Shown here: piece by piece, positions 1 through 13,229 of the stretch
How positions within the stretch are numbered: position 1 is the first letter of the stretch
How the letters are laid out: each line of letters opens with the position of its first letter
Origin: Lophium mytilinum
Lineage: Eukaryota
Length of the DNA: 64,000 bases
Reading direction: 5' to 3'
NCBI GenBank assembly: GCA_010093605.1
Contig: MU004199.1
Coordinates: 124,001-188,000 of the forward strand
Program-made: the position numbers and the translations under genes
The notes under the pieces: model-generated
What the model was told of the DNA's origin: nothing
Databases searched by the model: none
What the model saw: the letters and a program-made list of their open reading frames with translations, nothing else

Positions 1-993
1 TTCTTCTTCTTCATGCCCCCAATACCCCCCAGAGAAGCCTCCCTCCGCGAAAGAATCGTTCAGATAGACCTCCTCGGCAGCATCCTCGTCACCGGCGCGC
101 TTTCCTGCTTCGTTCTCTGCATGCACTGGAGCGGAATCTACCACTGGTCCAGTCCTCGCGCGATCCTCGCCATGGTCTCCTTTGTCGTGCTCATGCTAGC
201 GTTTTTCGCCAACGAAGGGTTCATGGGCCCCAAAGCAATGATCCAACACCACCTCCTCAAGAACTCTGCTGTCCTCCCCAACCTCATCTACATCTTCTTC
301 CTGGCCGGCGTCTACTTCCCCCTCCTCTACACCCTCCCCGTGCAGCTCCAGTCCGTGCACAACGAATCCGCCTCCCAGAGCGGCGTCCGCCTCATCCCCC
401 TCGTCCTCGGCATCTCCCTCGTCACCATGCTTTCCAACGCCCTACTCACCTGGACACGCCGCTACGCCCTCTTCCTCGCCGCCGGGGCGATCCTCGGCAC
501 CGCCGGCCTGGCGAAAATCCACTCACTGGGCGCAGACGCCACCACCAGTGACTGGATCCGCTACGAGATCCTCGCCGCCGTCGGCGTCGGGCTCGCGCTA
601 CAGATCCCCATGATCGCTAACCAGACCGTTGTGGCCGCCACGGACGTCCCGGCTGTCACGTCCCTCACTCTCTTCGTCGAGAACATCGGGACCGCGCTGT
701 TTGTGGCCGCGGGCGAGGCGGCGTTTGCGCAGGGCCTGATGGCCAGCATTGCGAAGAACGTGCCGTCGGTGGAACCGAACAAGGTGCTCGATGTTGGCGC
801 AACGCAGATTCGAAATGTGTTTCACGGAAGCGAGCTGCAAGGGGTGTTGGGGAGTTATCTGGATGGGTGCAAGATTAGTCATGTCATTGGGGTTGCGTGT
901 GGGGCGGCGGCGTGTGTGGTATCGTTTGGGAGTGTGGGGACGATCGGGGTTAGGGAGGTTAGGATGAGGTTGAAGAAGGTGCATGCGCCTTGA
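1..993 (+). CDS. MFS drug:H+ antiporter (DHA14/AflT-like efflux pump), 5'-truncated by window edge
   Basis: Multiple TM helices with typical motifs: IDLLGSIL, LPVQLQSVHNESASQSGVRLIP, GLALQIPMIANQ, DVGATQIR. The frame is open to base 1, so the N-terminal half lies upstream. Confidence 0.88.
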   Translation, partial: FFFFMPPIPPREASLRERIVQIDLLGSILVTGALSCFVLCMHWSGIYHWSSPRAILAMVSFVVLMLAFFANEGFMGPKAMIQHHLLKNSAVLPNLIYIFFLAGVYFPLLYTLPVQLQSVHNESASQSGVRLIPLVLGISLVTMLSNALLTWTRRYALFLAAGAILGTAGLAKIHSLGADATTSDWIRYEILAAVGVGLALQIPMIANQTVVAATDVPAVTSLTLFVENIGTALFVAAGEAAFAQGLMASIAKNVPSVEPNKVLDVGATQIRNVFHGSELQGVLGSYLDGCKISHVIGVACGAAACVVSFGSVGTIGVREVRMRLKKVHAP

Positions 994-3900
994 GTGGTCG
1001 TGGTAGACCGACCTTTTCGGCGTGAGGTTCAGAGTGGATAGGTGTGATATCTCGTTGATGTGGTAGGTTCAGTGAGATTCTTGCCGGAGCAGTTGTTTGG
1101 GGAGTATCTATCTAGACCGCATCTTGTTCTTGTAGGTTCCCGGATTTTTGATCTTTAGAAAGCCTCAATTATCATGGTTGTTCATTTTCTTCAGCGAGAA
1201 CGAATAGTACTTTCCTTATCATTGACGAAGATACATTGGCGAGTCTTCTCATCCACAAAAGCTGTCGCTTGCCCTCGCGATGGCTTCGATTGTCTAACCT
1301 TCGGTTACTTGGACTAGCTTTGCAGCGTCGATTACTTTGCTGGTGGTGTGTAAATCTCTGGTTTTCGCAGAGATAAGACGTCATAAGATTAGGAAAGAGA
1401 TGCAGCTAAAGTTAGTGGCTATTTCGTCGTAGATTCCTATTCGAGAAATCTGGGTAAGCAATATTCTAAAAGCAAGGCTACAGCCTCCCTATGTCCATCA
1501 CCACCAGAAGAATTAGACAGCCTAGCGCTCTCCACCACCAGCTCCAGCTCACAGCAGCTCATAATACTCCCCATTACTAGATTACCCCAAAGAGCCGCAT
1601 TCCGATTTTCCAGTCATCGCAGCACGACTCGGTATAAACCACTCATAAACTTCCAACCAAATCCCCAGCCAAAACATAACCCCGAAAAGAACCCGTCCAT
1701 CTTAACCCTATTTGCTTGGCCCTCAACCCATCATCCGATCCTAACACGACCCTCTCGCCACACCTCCCGCAACCCCATCGCCACAGGGTCCGCCTTCACC
1801 GATCGGCAGCGCACTAACACCCATCGCACTGGACCCTTTCTCCACCATCGACCCACCTCGAAGCCCCGGAACGGTGGCCTCAGGCACGTGCCGAACCGTC
1901 GCATACCCGCTCCCGCAACCATCCCCTCGCGGGCGGATATTAATAATGCTGGTATTTTCCCGGGTGGGGGCGAGAGAACGGGAGGAAGGCGCGGCTGTTA
2001 CGGCGGGTCGAACACTAAGTTTTTTTCCTTTTGCTACATTATAATTCCCGATTTTGCCGCACTGCCTTAGAATATTACCCGTTTGATGCATGAGATTCAG
2101 CCGGGTGCTTACGCTGTTCATCTTTCACCGTTCCGCACCTTTCATGTAGCCCTTACTCAGAAACTCGTTTTGAAGAGAGCGGCTAAGGCGAGTACGTGAG
2201 ATGGAATGTAGGCTCGATGGGGAAAGAGGTGTGGCAGAAGCCGCCCCGGTCGCGTAAGGGTAGTGGTGCAGTAGTTCCGCTTGGCGTGCAGGTGGGCTGC
2301 AATTTGGCATGCTGTTTGAGCAGGGGCAATAGTCGTTGGCTGTAGAGCTCCTACTTTGTACAGTACAGACGGAGAGGTGTGTATGTATATACAAGCTGTG
2401 AGTATAGCATGTACACCCACTCTGCCTTGATACACGGAAAACAATCCACACAAGCCGAGAACACCACCTAGAAAGTAACATGGAGGATATAGATAGATAC
2501 TCGCCTCCATTGTACATTCGGTAGTACATACAGCCTCTCCACGCATCATCACAGTCCACATATCAAAGACTCACTATGCTCCAGCAGCTTCCCAATCTAC
2601 GAAAAAGCAGCTTCGAACCAATTGCGCTCCCATACCGTATGCTTCGGCAAGCCACCTGCAGCCGCCCTCCCCCAGCTCCAAGCGACCACGCTAACCCCAA
2701 TCCCCTCACCGATCCCACCACCCCTACCCTACCCTACCTACCCACTGCCTCCCCATTACCAGGGTGGGTGGAAGTGGTGGGCGTGCCGCCGATCCCTTCC
2801 CCATCGCCCTCCTCCAAACCACACCCCCGGGTCCCGACTCCATGGCGTGCTCTCCCCTTCTTCCACCCCAGCAGAACGCCTCTCGCCCAAACCGCTTGCC
2901 CGCAGCACCCGTGCCGTGCCGTCTCCGTCTCTCTCTCTCTGCTCCCACCCACCACCCCTCTCCCACCCGCCCCAGGCGCCGTCACATGCCGCGTCTTCGC
3001 GTGCTGGGCCGTTCCGGGGCTAGCGACGGCGGCGGGGGGCGGAGAGAGCCGTATGTACTTCAGACCCTCCCCACCCCTCTGCGGGAGCGGCATCGGGCAT
3101 CGGCAACGGCGACGGCATCGGGGTCGGGTCGTCGCGGTCGGGAGGGCGGCTCGGGAGGGGAGTTGTGTTGATTGGGAGCGGGCGGGCGCTGCGGTACGTA
3201 CCGTCCCTTACCCACCCACTCACCCACCCTAGGGAGCTATAGAGGTGGTGGGTGCGGTACGGACGGGTAGGTATCTGAAGGATGTGCGTCTTCCGCGCGG
3301 TTATGTAGGTCAGCTTTTGTGGGGGTGGAGTGGGATTTGGAGGGTTAGCTAGAGGGGAGGTATGGTAAGACGGTGGGGCTTTCCGCGGAATGGGCTTGTG
3401 GGAAGCGTGGGGGTGTGCTGGAAGAGTGGGAGGGTCAGTTTTTGTCGAGTAGGCGGTGAGAGAAAGGGAGCAGAGAGCTGGTGTGGAGAAGGGGGAGCTT
3501 GAGGAAGTGGTGGTCAGCAGCTCGTGTTGTGGCGCTGATTGAGAGTGTGGTGGCGTCAGGGATAGAAAAGATATGGGCATGGAGTTCGATGTCCCTATGA
3601 GACCAACAGCCTCCCCATACTCCTTTCTACGCCACCTGTGCTGCTGTTGGTGTTGGCACGTAGCAGCGACTGGTCACTGATGTGAGGGATACCAAGACCG
3701 GTTTCATTAGTGTAGAGAGCCCCGCGGTATGGAGGCCTGAACGTGTACTCTATAGGCCCCCTTTCGGCGAGCGTGACTGTGAGTGGTTGAGGAAAGTTCA
3801 AGGAAAGCCCCGGACAAAACTCCATCCTTCCGTTCGTCCATCCGTACTCCGTGTATGTATTAACTCCGGCCACCCCCTTTCGCATAGCCGTCCAACTCCC

Positions 3901-4343
3901 GAAAGTCGGCCCATGGCCTGGGAAAAAGCGGTGAAGTGTCGCAAAGAGGGGCAGATCCTAACCCACTCCAGAAAAACACAAGAAGAGCAGAACAGAGACT
4001 CGTCTAAAGTTGGCAAAGGGGGATATAGCGAGCCCAAATACCGGGAAAAAGGAAGTAACTCCAAACCAGAAATATTAAACCGGCTCCAGCCAAGGCCGTT
4101 TCCGGGCCCCCTCAAATCAAATCAGATCAGAATTATATGATTAGCTTTTTTATGTCGTGGAAAATGTTGGCATATGGTCCTAAAGCAGGTTGGGCCTCAA
4201 AAGCGGCCGGCCCCAACTTCGCGGGGTCGCATGTGTCGGGTGATGCAGGGCTGGTTGACGTGCGTTACCCCAGATTGTGCTCGTAAGGCGTAGGGCAGCA
4301 AGGTGCCTCGGATGAGTGGGTGGTGATGGTCGATCGAGTCTTG

Positions 4344-5415
4344 TTAGGCTGTCTGGCCATTGATGGCTTTCAGTTCGACGTCACTGGAAGCTCGTTAGCG
4401 ATCCGGGTATTTGCGGGATTAATGAATGCAAGACGAGGAAGGTGGGCGAGTCATCTGAGCTTGCTTGACTCGAGGATGACGGAATGGAGTTGTTGGGTTG
4501 AGGCTTGCGATCGGTGAGAGTGACTCGGCATTTGTGAAAGGGGAGAGTTGGGCACCTACAACACCAGACTCGCGTTTGGCGGAATATGGCCAGGGAAGCC
4601 GCTTTAGAAGACCGTTGGTCAGCTGGTGTTTTGCTCAAAGCCTTGGCACAGCGTCAAGCCATGATTGGGAGGAAAAGAGGCGGAAGAAATAGTTTTCCTA
4701 GTTGGGGTTCCGCGGATCTGCGAGGCCGCGACCAGTCGGTGGAAGGCGTGGTTGTCGTTTGTCGACCGCAGTACTGGGCTCTGGGGATCTGCGATCATGA
4801 CTCTCTCTCGATGCGCAATGTCGCAATGTCGCAATGTCGCCATTTGCATTTTTTTCTTGAACATCTGAAGAAAGGCGTTTGCTTACCGTATGCCGTACCC
4901 GTAGTCCCTGCAACTCTCATTAGTCCATTATCAGATCATCCGGGGCCTGATTTTACGTACGCCGTTATAGTCAGAGTCGCCTTTTCGCCTAGCGACATGG
5001 CTGCAATGCTTCCGTTGCCTAGGATGCCCTCATCCCAGCCTGTGCAGCACGCATTGCAGGTCAGCGAACGGTCCCTAGTACGCCCAACCTGGCTGCAGAG
5101 CCCGAAAGAAGAGCCTACCCCTGATGACCCTCCCCTCTCCGATTGCGGTAACGAGATCTCCCCGGCCCAGGGACGAGTCGAATCTGGAACATGCCGTTAG
5201 CAGTTTGGTCTGGCCATGCATTGTCTTTCGAGGCTCAGGCTAGACTGAAGAATTTTGCTTTTTTGGGAGGCGTCTTTGGAGACGTACTGCTTGCCCTTGC
5301 TGTTGGTGGCGGTGGGGTCGTAGATCCACCCCGTGTACTCCATCGTGACTGTGTCGCCCTTGGAGGGGAAGTTGACGCCGTTGCCCTCGCTGAGGATGAC
5401 CTTCTCGACTCCCAT
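4344..5415 (-). CDS. FPR1: FK506-binding protein FKBP12 (peptidyl-prolyl isomerase), 6 exons
   Basis: Spliced by eye: MGVEKVILSEGNG..KGDTVTMEYTG..KGKQ / FDSSLGRGDLVTAIGEGRVIR / GWDEGIL..MSLGEKATLTITA / DYGYGIR / GFPGHIPPNASLVF / DVELKAINGQTA*. All five introns are GT-AG and in phase. Confidence 0.95.
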
Positions 5416-7573
5416 GGCAGTGGTGTTGGTGGGCAGGAAGATGGGTGGGGGTTTGATATGGGGGCCCTTGGGTCAATTGGGGGTTACAGATCAACGAATA
5501 CCCGCTGAAATGGCAGCTGGACAAGAATATGAAGGCAGCGAGAGGACAATTGAGGTGGCGCGGGATCAGAGGGGGTGCTGGGGGGGAGGTCTAGCTTTAA
5601 GGCATAATGGAAAAAGGGTACCAGGCAATACCGCGTTTTCGTCCTCCACCTCCCCTTGAGCACCGCTGGGCAGCACTCGCGGCTCTGCCATGTAAATGTC
5701 TGCACCATGAGTGGTGAGAATCTCTGATGCTAGCCAGCATCGGCAGGGCCATTTGCGTGGGCGAAGGTGCAGCATCGGCCGGCTGCCCCTCGCATGGCAC
5801 GCCAGGAGAGGACTGAACAGCTGCGAGATTGCTGCTTCGGATCCTCGACGCCGTTAGAGAGACGCCGGTAGCTCCAACTCTGCGCCCATGTCGCGGTGCC
5901 GCGCCGAGTTGCTATTCGACAGCCCGCTCGGGCTACAGCTGACCAGATCTCAGACGAGCCGAATAGGATCGCAGCACCCGCATCCCGATCGCAGCGCCGG
6001 CCGTGTGCACAGCCCTAGTCTGTAGAAGCCGACTCCTACGCCTGCGTGCTTGCTTGCTTTGCTCCCGAAACCCAACCGACCGAAACCGCAGCCGACCGAA
6101 CCGCCAACCCACCCCGCGTCGGCTGGGCCTCTGCGGTGGTCATTGCGGCGGGGGCGGGCTGGAGAGACGTCGTCGGCAGCATGGTGGGGTCACAGGGTAT
6201 GTGATACTACTCCAGACCAGAAAGGCAGTACATTTCAAACAGAATCCCACTGTCGGATACCTCTCCGCGGGCCAGCACTGGGACGACGATGCTGCTGTTG
6301 TTCTCTGTCGCGCCCCCCGACGACGCTGTCACTTCTAGCAGCAATATGGTGGAAGCGAGGGATGCCGTTGGTTGTAGTCCAATGGCTAGCTCGTTCGCTG
6401 TCACTGAAGTCACAGGTTCCACCGCACGTGATCTCACCCGGGCAGCAATACATCCACAACCTCAGACCACGATATCCACATCTACGGCGTGCCGACGCGT
6501 CCAGACCAGATCGACAAGAAGACACGTCCCGATCGCCCCAGGGCCCCGCTGCCAGTGGCCACGCGCTCCGAGCTGCACAACTCACGCTCCAGTAACAACG
6601 ACGACGTGCCGACGTGCTGATAATGGACATGCGAGCCCAAAGCTAAAACGCACGTCAGCTGGGACACGCTCGAGGTCGTCGTTCGCAGCAGGCTGTCCAG
6701 AAGGGTGCCAAGAGGGATCTCGGCACGGATATAGGAAGTTTCTGAAGCCGGGGTGCGAAGTACGACATGCCCCCGAGCGTCCATGGCCCTCCTCCTGCAG
6801 CCTGGGGAGGCTACTCCATCCACACCCAATCATGCCACCGCCGGATGCCGCTCCTTGCTTCCGCTTATAGCCTGCTGCAAGCCCGTCCGGGTTGTGAAGC
6901 CCTCGGAGAATGGATCGAGCTACTCGATCCGGGTCTGCGCGCTGTACATTGGTGAACACCACCGCTATCGCCTACAGCTATCCCGATATCTGCTTTGGAG
7001 GGGCATGGAGTGCCCCGCGGGTCACCCTTGTACGTGACACTAGCGCACGTTCCTGGCTTCCGTCACACGTGTCTCGCTTTGACAGCCATGCAGCCCGAGC
7101 CCCTATAACCGTACGAGCAATCATGCCACTCCACCCCACCTAAACCTACCCACGCACAGCGAGCTCCGATCGTGATCCTATCCGTGCTTTGTTCTTGGGC
7201 CCCCCGAACCCTTGGCCTGGGTCCTGCGACAGTCCCGCCGGTGCCCTCTAACCGCTCGGACTGGTCCCTTTCCTGCGCTTGCAGCGGTTGAACGTGGACC
7301 CATTCTTCAGATCGAGAGGCCCATGCGGGTCTACTTTTGGAAGTTTTTCGGGGGTGCGAAGTCCTGGAGGGGTCCAATCCACCATCACGTAGCACTGCCT
7401 CCGAGAGTACGACTTTTGGTCTTTTTGAATTTTGGCCTTCGCGCGTTTGTCGCCGGACCCAGTTTTCTATCCGTTGTGACTGCTTTATCCTTGTTTTACG
7501 CGTTTTAGTAGTGCGCGATGTTTGAGAAAGCCTTGCACAGTGCTTGCATTAGCACCGCGGGGCTCGCGGCTTC

Positions 7574-8608
7574 TCAGGGATTTGCTGCCCAAAACGCATG
7601 TTTTTCGAGCTGCGAGATGCTCACGCTGGAGAATTTAGGGGTGGGAGATCGGCGATCTGGTCCGCTTTGGGGGCCGCAGTCAGCTATGTGGATATCGGGT
7701 ATACTAGCTTTCTGTATGAAGTGTAGTAGGCGGCGGTAGTTTGTGCCGATTTGTTCGACGCCGTGGCTGTCGTCAGACATGCTGAAACGCCCGCCCATGC
7801 GAAGAAATTTCTGGATTTTGTGAGTTGGGGGCGGTTGATGAGGAGCTTCCAGGGACAACATACCTCACAGACCTCGAGACATGGATATGGCTCGTCCAGG
7901 CCCTTCCGGAGCGCAGCAGAATTCAGTTCCAACACACCATCGTATGATATGATGTACTCCAGATTACGCAGTGCCTTGGTCCAGACGCCCTCGAACCTCC
8001 TCAGGCCAGCATTGGGCTCGTCGCTCATAAGCCTTATTAGGTCGAAATGCCCCACGATGGCGGGTTGGAGAGCTTGGAGCATCTCGTACTGCGAATCGAA
8101 GTAGTCCTCAAAGAGCCGTTCATCTGTGCCTCCTGCTATCTCGCGAGCTTTCTGGTATGTCGCCTTGTCGAAGTCAATCGGTACTGTATGGACGTGATGA
8201 ACAGAGCCAATGAGGAAGTCGTAAGGGTGCTTTGCGACGAGCGATCGTATGAGTCCCAGAGTTGATGGCCGTATCCATTCCGTCTCAAAGGCAACAGGTA
8301 GCGCAATTTGTCCGGTATACGTTTCCCTCAGCCGCACGGCTTCCGCGTAAAACGCGTCGGTCAACTGAACAAGGCCTTCCTCCGTGTAATCCGATTCCTG
8401 CGCCATTGTCAGCTACGCCTCCTATGGCTGATATGAGAAGCAATGTACGCACCTCCTCTGGATAAAAGTCCTCCTTCTCTCGGTGCATATGCTCCGTCAG
8501 CGCATAAGACTGGAACCCTCTTGCTATCGCTGTTTGCACCACTTCTTCCAGCGTGTTCTTCGCATGGGCGCAGAACTGGCCCGAATGGCTGTGATGCGAG
8601 TAGGGCAT
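7574..8608 (-). CDS. HIS2: Histidinol-phosphate phosphatase (PHP family), 3 exons
   Basis: MPYSHHSHSGQFCAHA, LTEH, IGSVHHV, VGHFDLIRL, LELNSAALRKGL, SDDSHG motifs across ORFs 8285-8623, 7684-8406 and 7574-7861. Confidence 0.93.
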
Positions 8609-9138
8609 TTTGGAAGTAGGCAAAAAGCTACAATGACAAGCTCCAAGGTCAATTGCGCTGGGGGCAGCTGAGAGATGTAGATGTAGTCGAATTAAGGCAT
8701 GTTGAAGATCGTGGATAGGCTGGGTGACGTTGCGATCGGAATGGGAGAGGTGCAGCAGAGAAGGCCCGATTTTCTAAAATCGTTGCCATGCTTGGCAACG
8801 GCGAGATGCACCACGACACGGTGCCAGACTGATCAACATCAACCCTAGACCGAGCTCGTCAGTTGCCCGAGATCTCCATCTGGGTTCATCTCGTTATCAA
8901 CTCAAGCTTTAATTCGCCGATTGATTTACTATTCGCGGGTTAGAGTGGACCGTGTCAAGTGCTAGAGAAGATCAACATGAACTCAATGAATTGAAGACTC
9001 CAACGCGGTAGCTATCGCCATATTATCTTCTCTCTGCTACCTAATCAGCAATTCCCGGCTGTCTCTCTTATCGTGTCCATTCTCATCTCGCTTCTCAATA
9101 CATATGTCTCCTAATAAGGTATTCTTTCCCACCAACCT

Positions 9139-10179
9139 CTAAAAATTCTTCGTAACCCCCGGCACAATAGCCTCTAATCGTCCCACCAACTCCTCCCACA
9201 CCCTCTCCTGCACTCTTTCCCCCTCCGGCTTCGACAACACTCCACCCGGTGGCGTAACCTTACAATCAGCTAAGTACTTTCCATGCGTCTCTGGCCCTTG
9301 GCTAGCTGCATACACTAGCGTTCTGCTGCCAACTTCCGTCGTTCGAGCGAACAAGAACTTCGCGATCCGAAGGTCCCAGCCGCCTTCACGCGCTAGCTCC
9401 CTATCAGACGTCTCGTTAGCAGCGCGCTTGTTCGATAGGCTCAGTAGATTTGAAGGGGTAATAGCTTACGAATGACACAGCCCTGGGGTCAGACAATTGA
9501 CCGTAACCCCCAGCTCCTCCGCCGTATGCTCCCCCGCAAACGCCCTAAGCCCAACTATCTGCAGCAGTTTGCTGACTTCATACCGGTCGGTCCCATCAAA
9601 CTTCGCCTCGTCGTTCAGCGCCTCGAATATCTTCCCGTCCAGCGCCGCCTGCTCCTTGAACTTAGTCCAGGCGTGGACCTCCGAGGACGTGATGCTAAGG
9701 GTAGGCTTCGAGCCGTACCGTTTGCCCGTCTCCTTCATCTTCGGCAGCAGCAAGAACGCCAGTAAAAACGTCGCAATCACATTAACCGTTACCATCGTTT
9801 CAGTCCCCTCCACCAGCGCAAAGTTCGCGGGAGCTATGCCCGCATTAGCACAGACGATGTCGACGCGTTCTAGCTCTGCTGCGCGCGCTGCGAAGGCGCG
9901 GACCGAGGCGTAGCTGGCCATGTCGAGCTGCCAGACCTGGACGACGGAGGCGGCGCACTTGGTGGACTGCTCGATGTCGGCCTTGGCGGCATTGCCTTTG
10001 TCGACGCTGCGGACGCCGAGGATGACGGTGCTGGCGCCCAGGCGTGTGAAGTGGCGCGCTGCTTCTTTTCCTAGGCCAGTGTTGCTGCCGGTTACGATGA
10101 CGGTTTTGCCAGCGTAGGAGCCGCTGGGGTAGGGTGGGGTGACGAAGAGTTGGGAGTAGATGAAACTGGGGACGGACAT
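9139..10179 (-). CDS. Short-chain dehydrogenase/reductase (retinol-dehydrogenase-like), 2 exons
   Basis: TGSNTGLG Rossmann motif, NAG, YEVSK catalytic YxxxK; C-terminal exon ARTTEVGSRTLV. Confidence 0.92.
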
Positions 10180-11277
10180 GATCGTGATAGGCTAGGGGTT
10201 TGTTTTGATGTGAGTTTGTTGATAGTTTGATTGTGAGGAAGAGAGATGAGTATTGCGAGTACAGGCTCTTATATGAGGTTGAAGGAATGGGGATAGGAGT
10301 TAGTACTTCGATGAAGAACGCCTCTCTAGAGGAATGACGAAGACGATAGTCCAGCTAAAGCGTCGTCGGCAGTAAGGTTCAGCCGACATCCTTTCATGGT
10401 GGTTGCACAATGGTTCCATTCGTGGAGTAGTCGGGGAGACAATTCCGGGTGACCTATAGGAGACTGGAAACCTGGAAAGGAATAGCGCATTTCGTCATCC
10501 CGGTTATCGTCCAGAGTAGAGAGTGACCAATGAAATCAAAGTTTCTTGAAGTGTCTTTGAATGAGATAAGAGTGATGAACAGTGCTACAGTGCTGAAACT
10601 CCAACTCTTTTTATCACCATTATACCCTCCATAACCAAACTCTTCTCGACCGAGCATAGAAGTTGTCTGCGAGTAATTCTTGTGGCAACACCAGTGTACG
10701 TACATCCATCCCGACTTCAGTGGGCTTCGTTCGACATGGCCTTCATGGCGGCCGCACTTTGTATATTAACGCCGGCAGCAATCCACCTCGCAAGGACAAA
10801 CTACGGATGAAGGTGATGCTTCCAGAATGCTCCTCACGATGGAGTTTGCGGACTTCCACAGAGTATCGCGGCGAAGGTGCGATAGGTTCTGATTGGTTCC
10901 TCGTAGAGTATTTCCCAAATAGACCTAGCTTAATTTGACGAAGATGGCTTTCATCACGTGTTCCACCCTCCTGGGAAATATTCCTCGAGCCTTGCCTACA
11001 TCGCGTCCTATATCCATTGTCTCCGTCCACGACCACTAAGCCATAAACACTGTCTCCGCAAAGCTCTCGGTAGGTTTCGGGGTCAACATTTCTTAAATCC
11101 GGTGCCTGAATCATCAATCACCTCCACCTGCCCTATATGATGTAAAATCAGTGGCGTATATATAGGATTGTATTCCTCGTAGATATTATACCATAACACC
11201 ACCAATTTCAACACTCTCGTCTTCGTTCAAATCTCCAGAAACTTCATTCCTCAGACCAAGCCGTTCCATATCGAAAA

Positions 11278-12457
11278 ATGATTCCACCACCCATCCCCGC
11301 CTCCCTCCAAGCCAGCCTCGACGCCACAAAAGTCGACTATGTCCAACTCGGTTCCTCTGGCCTCCGCGTCTCCGTCCCCATCCTCGGGACCATGGCCATC
11401 GGCAGCAAAGAATGGATGCCATGGACCATCGAAGAAGCCGAGGGACTCGAGTTATTAAAGGCAGCATATGACAGAGGTAGCTCTCATACCCAGCTCACAA
11501 AAATCGCATCCACCTAACACACTCCACAGGCCTCACAACCTGGGACACCGCCAACGTCTACTCCAGCGGCGTGAACGAAGAAATCGTCGGCAAAGCAATC
11601 AAGACGTTCGACCTCCCCCGCTCAAAACTCACCATCCTCGCGAAAATCATGGGCACCGTCCCCGAAGAAGCCGGCATCTTCAACTGGTTCTACGAGCCCC
11701 AGCTCGCTGCGAGCAAAGACTACGTCAACCAAGGCGGTTCGTCGTCCCCCTCCCCTGCTCTCCCATCCCCTTTACTAACCCCCTCACAGGCCTCTCCCGC
11801 GGCGCCATCTTCAAAGCCGTCGACGCCTCCTTGAAGAGACTAGGCACAGACTACATCGACCTCCTCCAAATCCACCGCTACGACCCCACCGTCCCGCCCG
11901 CCGAAACCATGAAAGCCCTCCACGACCTTGTCGAATCCGGAAAAGTCCGCTACATCGGCGCCAGCAGCATGTGGGCGTACCAATTCGCGACCCTCCAGTT
12001 CACCGCCGAAGCGCACAACTGGACGAAGTTCGTCAGCATGCAGAACCGCTACAACCTGGCGTACCGCGAGGAGGAGCGCGAGATGAACGCGTTCTGCAAG
12101 GAGACGGGCGTCGGGCTAATCCCGTGGGGGGCGCTGTCTGGGGGTTTGTTGGCGAAGCCGTGGGGGGAGGAGAGTGGGAGGAGTGGGATGGCGAAGATGA
12201 TGGGAGGCGTGACGGAGGCGGATGTGGCGATTAACAAGAGGGTGCAGGAGGTGGCGGAGAAGAGGGGGTGGAAGATGGGGCAGGTGGCGTTGGCGTGGGT
12301 GAGGGCGAAGGGGGCGATTCCGATTGTGGGGTTGGCGAGTTCGAGTGTGGAGAGGTTGGATGAGGCGTGTGGGATAAGAGGGAAGGACTTGAGTGAAGAA
12401 GAGGTCAAGTATTTGGAGGAGCCGTATGTGCCGAAGCCGGTTGCTGGGCACTCTTGA
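11278..12457 (+). CDS. Aldo-keto reductase (aryl-alcohol dehydrogenase-like), 3 exons
   Basis: LGSSGLRVSVPILGTM, TTWDTANVYSSG, SLKRLGTDYIDLLQIHRYD, KVRYIGASSM, SMQNRYNL motifs. Confidence 0.93.
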
Positions 12458-13229
12458 GGTTGATGAGAGGGAGAGAGCGGTGAGAGGGGCAGTTGGGGAT
12501 CACTGGCGATATAGAGAAGAGAAAAGACAGTGGTAGTTGTCGTATTGAAAGTTTCGCTTTCCACTGCGCAGCAGATGCTTTGAGAGGGCTTTGAACCCAA
12601 TTAGTTGTTCTTTAGTAGATGACAGTACTCGCTCATCACGGATCCACTCCATTGGCGTCAGAATGTACGCTCTATTCGCTCCCAAGTTAGCTCCACTCTA
12701 TTCCATTTCAATCGCTGGTCTCTACTGGGCGTATAGTCGACATACTCCCCCTTCATTCCTAGGAATAGCGTCTCAGCCCAATACGCAGTTGTCATCACCG
12801 CCCTTGCTATGAAATATAGACTTTGCAACTGCAAACGCTTCGCCCAAACTGGCGGCCGACCACCAAAAGGTTGATACATCTAGGGCCATATCACCGGTAT
12901 GTAACCATGGTACACACGGAAGTCATGTGTGTAGAAGATAGTCTGCAGTTGAATCCAGAGCATCAGACCCAGAAGCCCGTTCCTCCACTCGGGCGCAACA
13001 GCCAGAATAGCGAATAAAGCTTTCAGCCACAACGGTGTCGAATGCAGCTGTGGAAAGATATCTCCGTCGAGGACGGCACTGCAGATGTTCCGCCAAATTG
13101 TATGATCGGCGACCAGATCGATGTGAGTGGAACTTGAGCATCTCTTTGGAGCCGGTTCCATGCTACGCGCTGGCTCGGCGCAAACTTCACGCTCATGCCT
13201 GTAGAACCAAGCTTGTCGTAGTTGCCAGA

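Noticed and set aside
4813..4839. (CGCAATGT)x3 in an FKBP12 intron; possible intronic snoRNA
   Set aside because: Short microsatellite; no convincing C/D or H/ACA boxes found.
6003..7508. Many overlapping 60-190 aa ORFs between FKBP12 and HIS2
   Set aside because: GC-rich sequence with no recognisable motifs or consistent splice structure.
10454..11117. Protein-like minus-strand frames between the SDR and AKR genes
   Set aside because: Could be a decayed gene, but I recognise no homology; unsupported.
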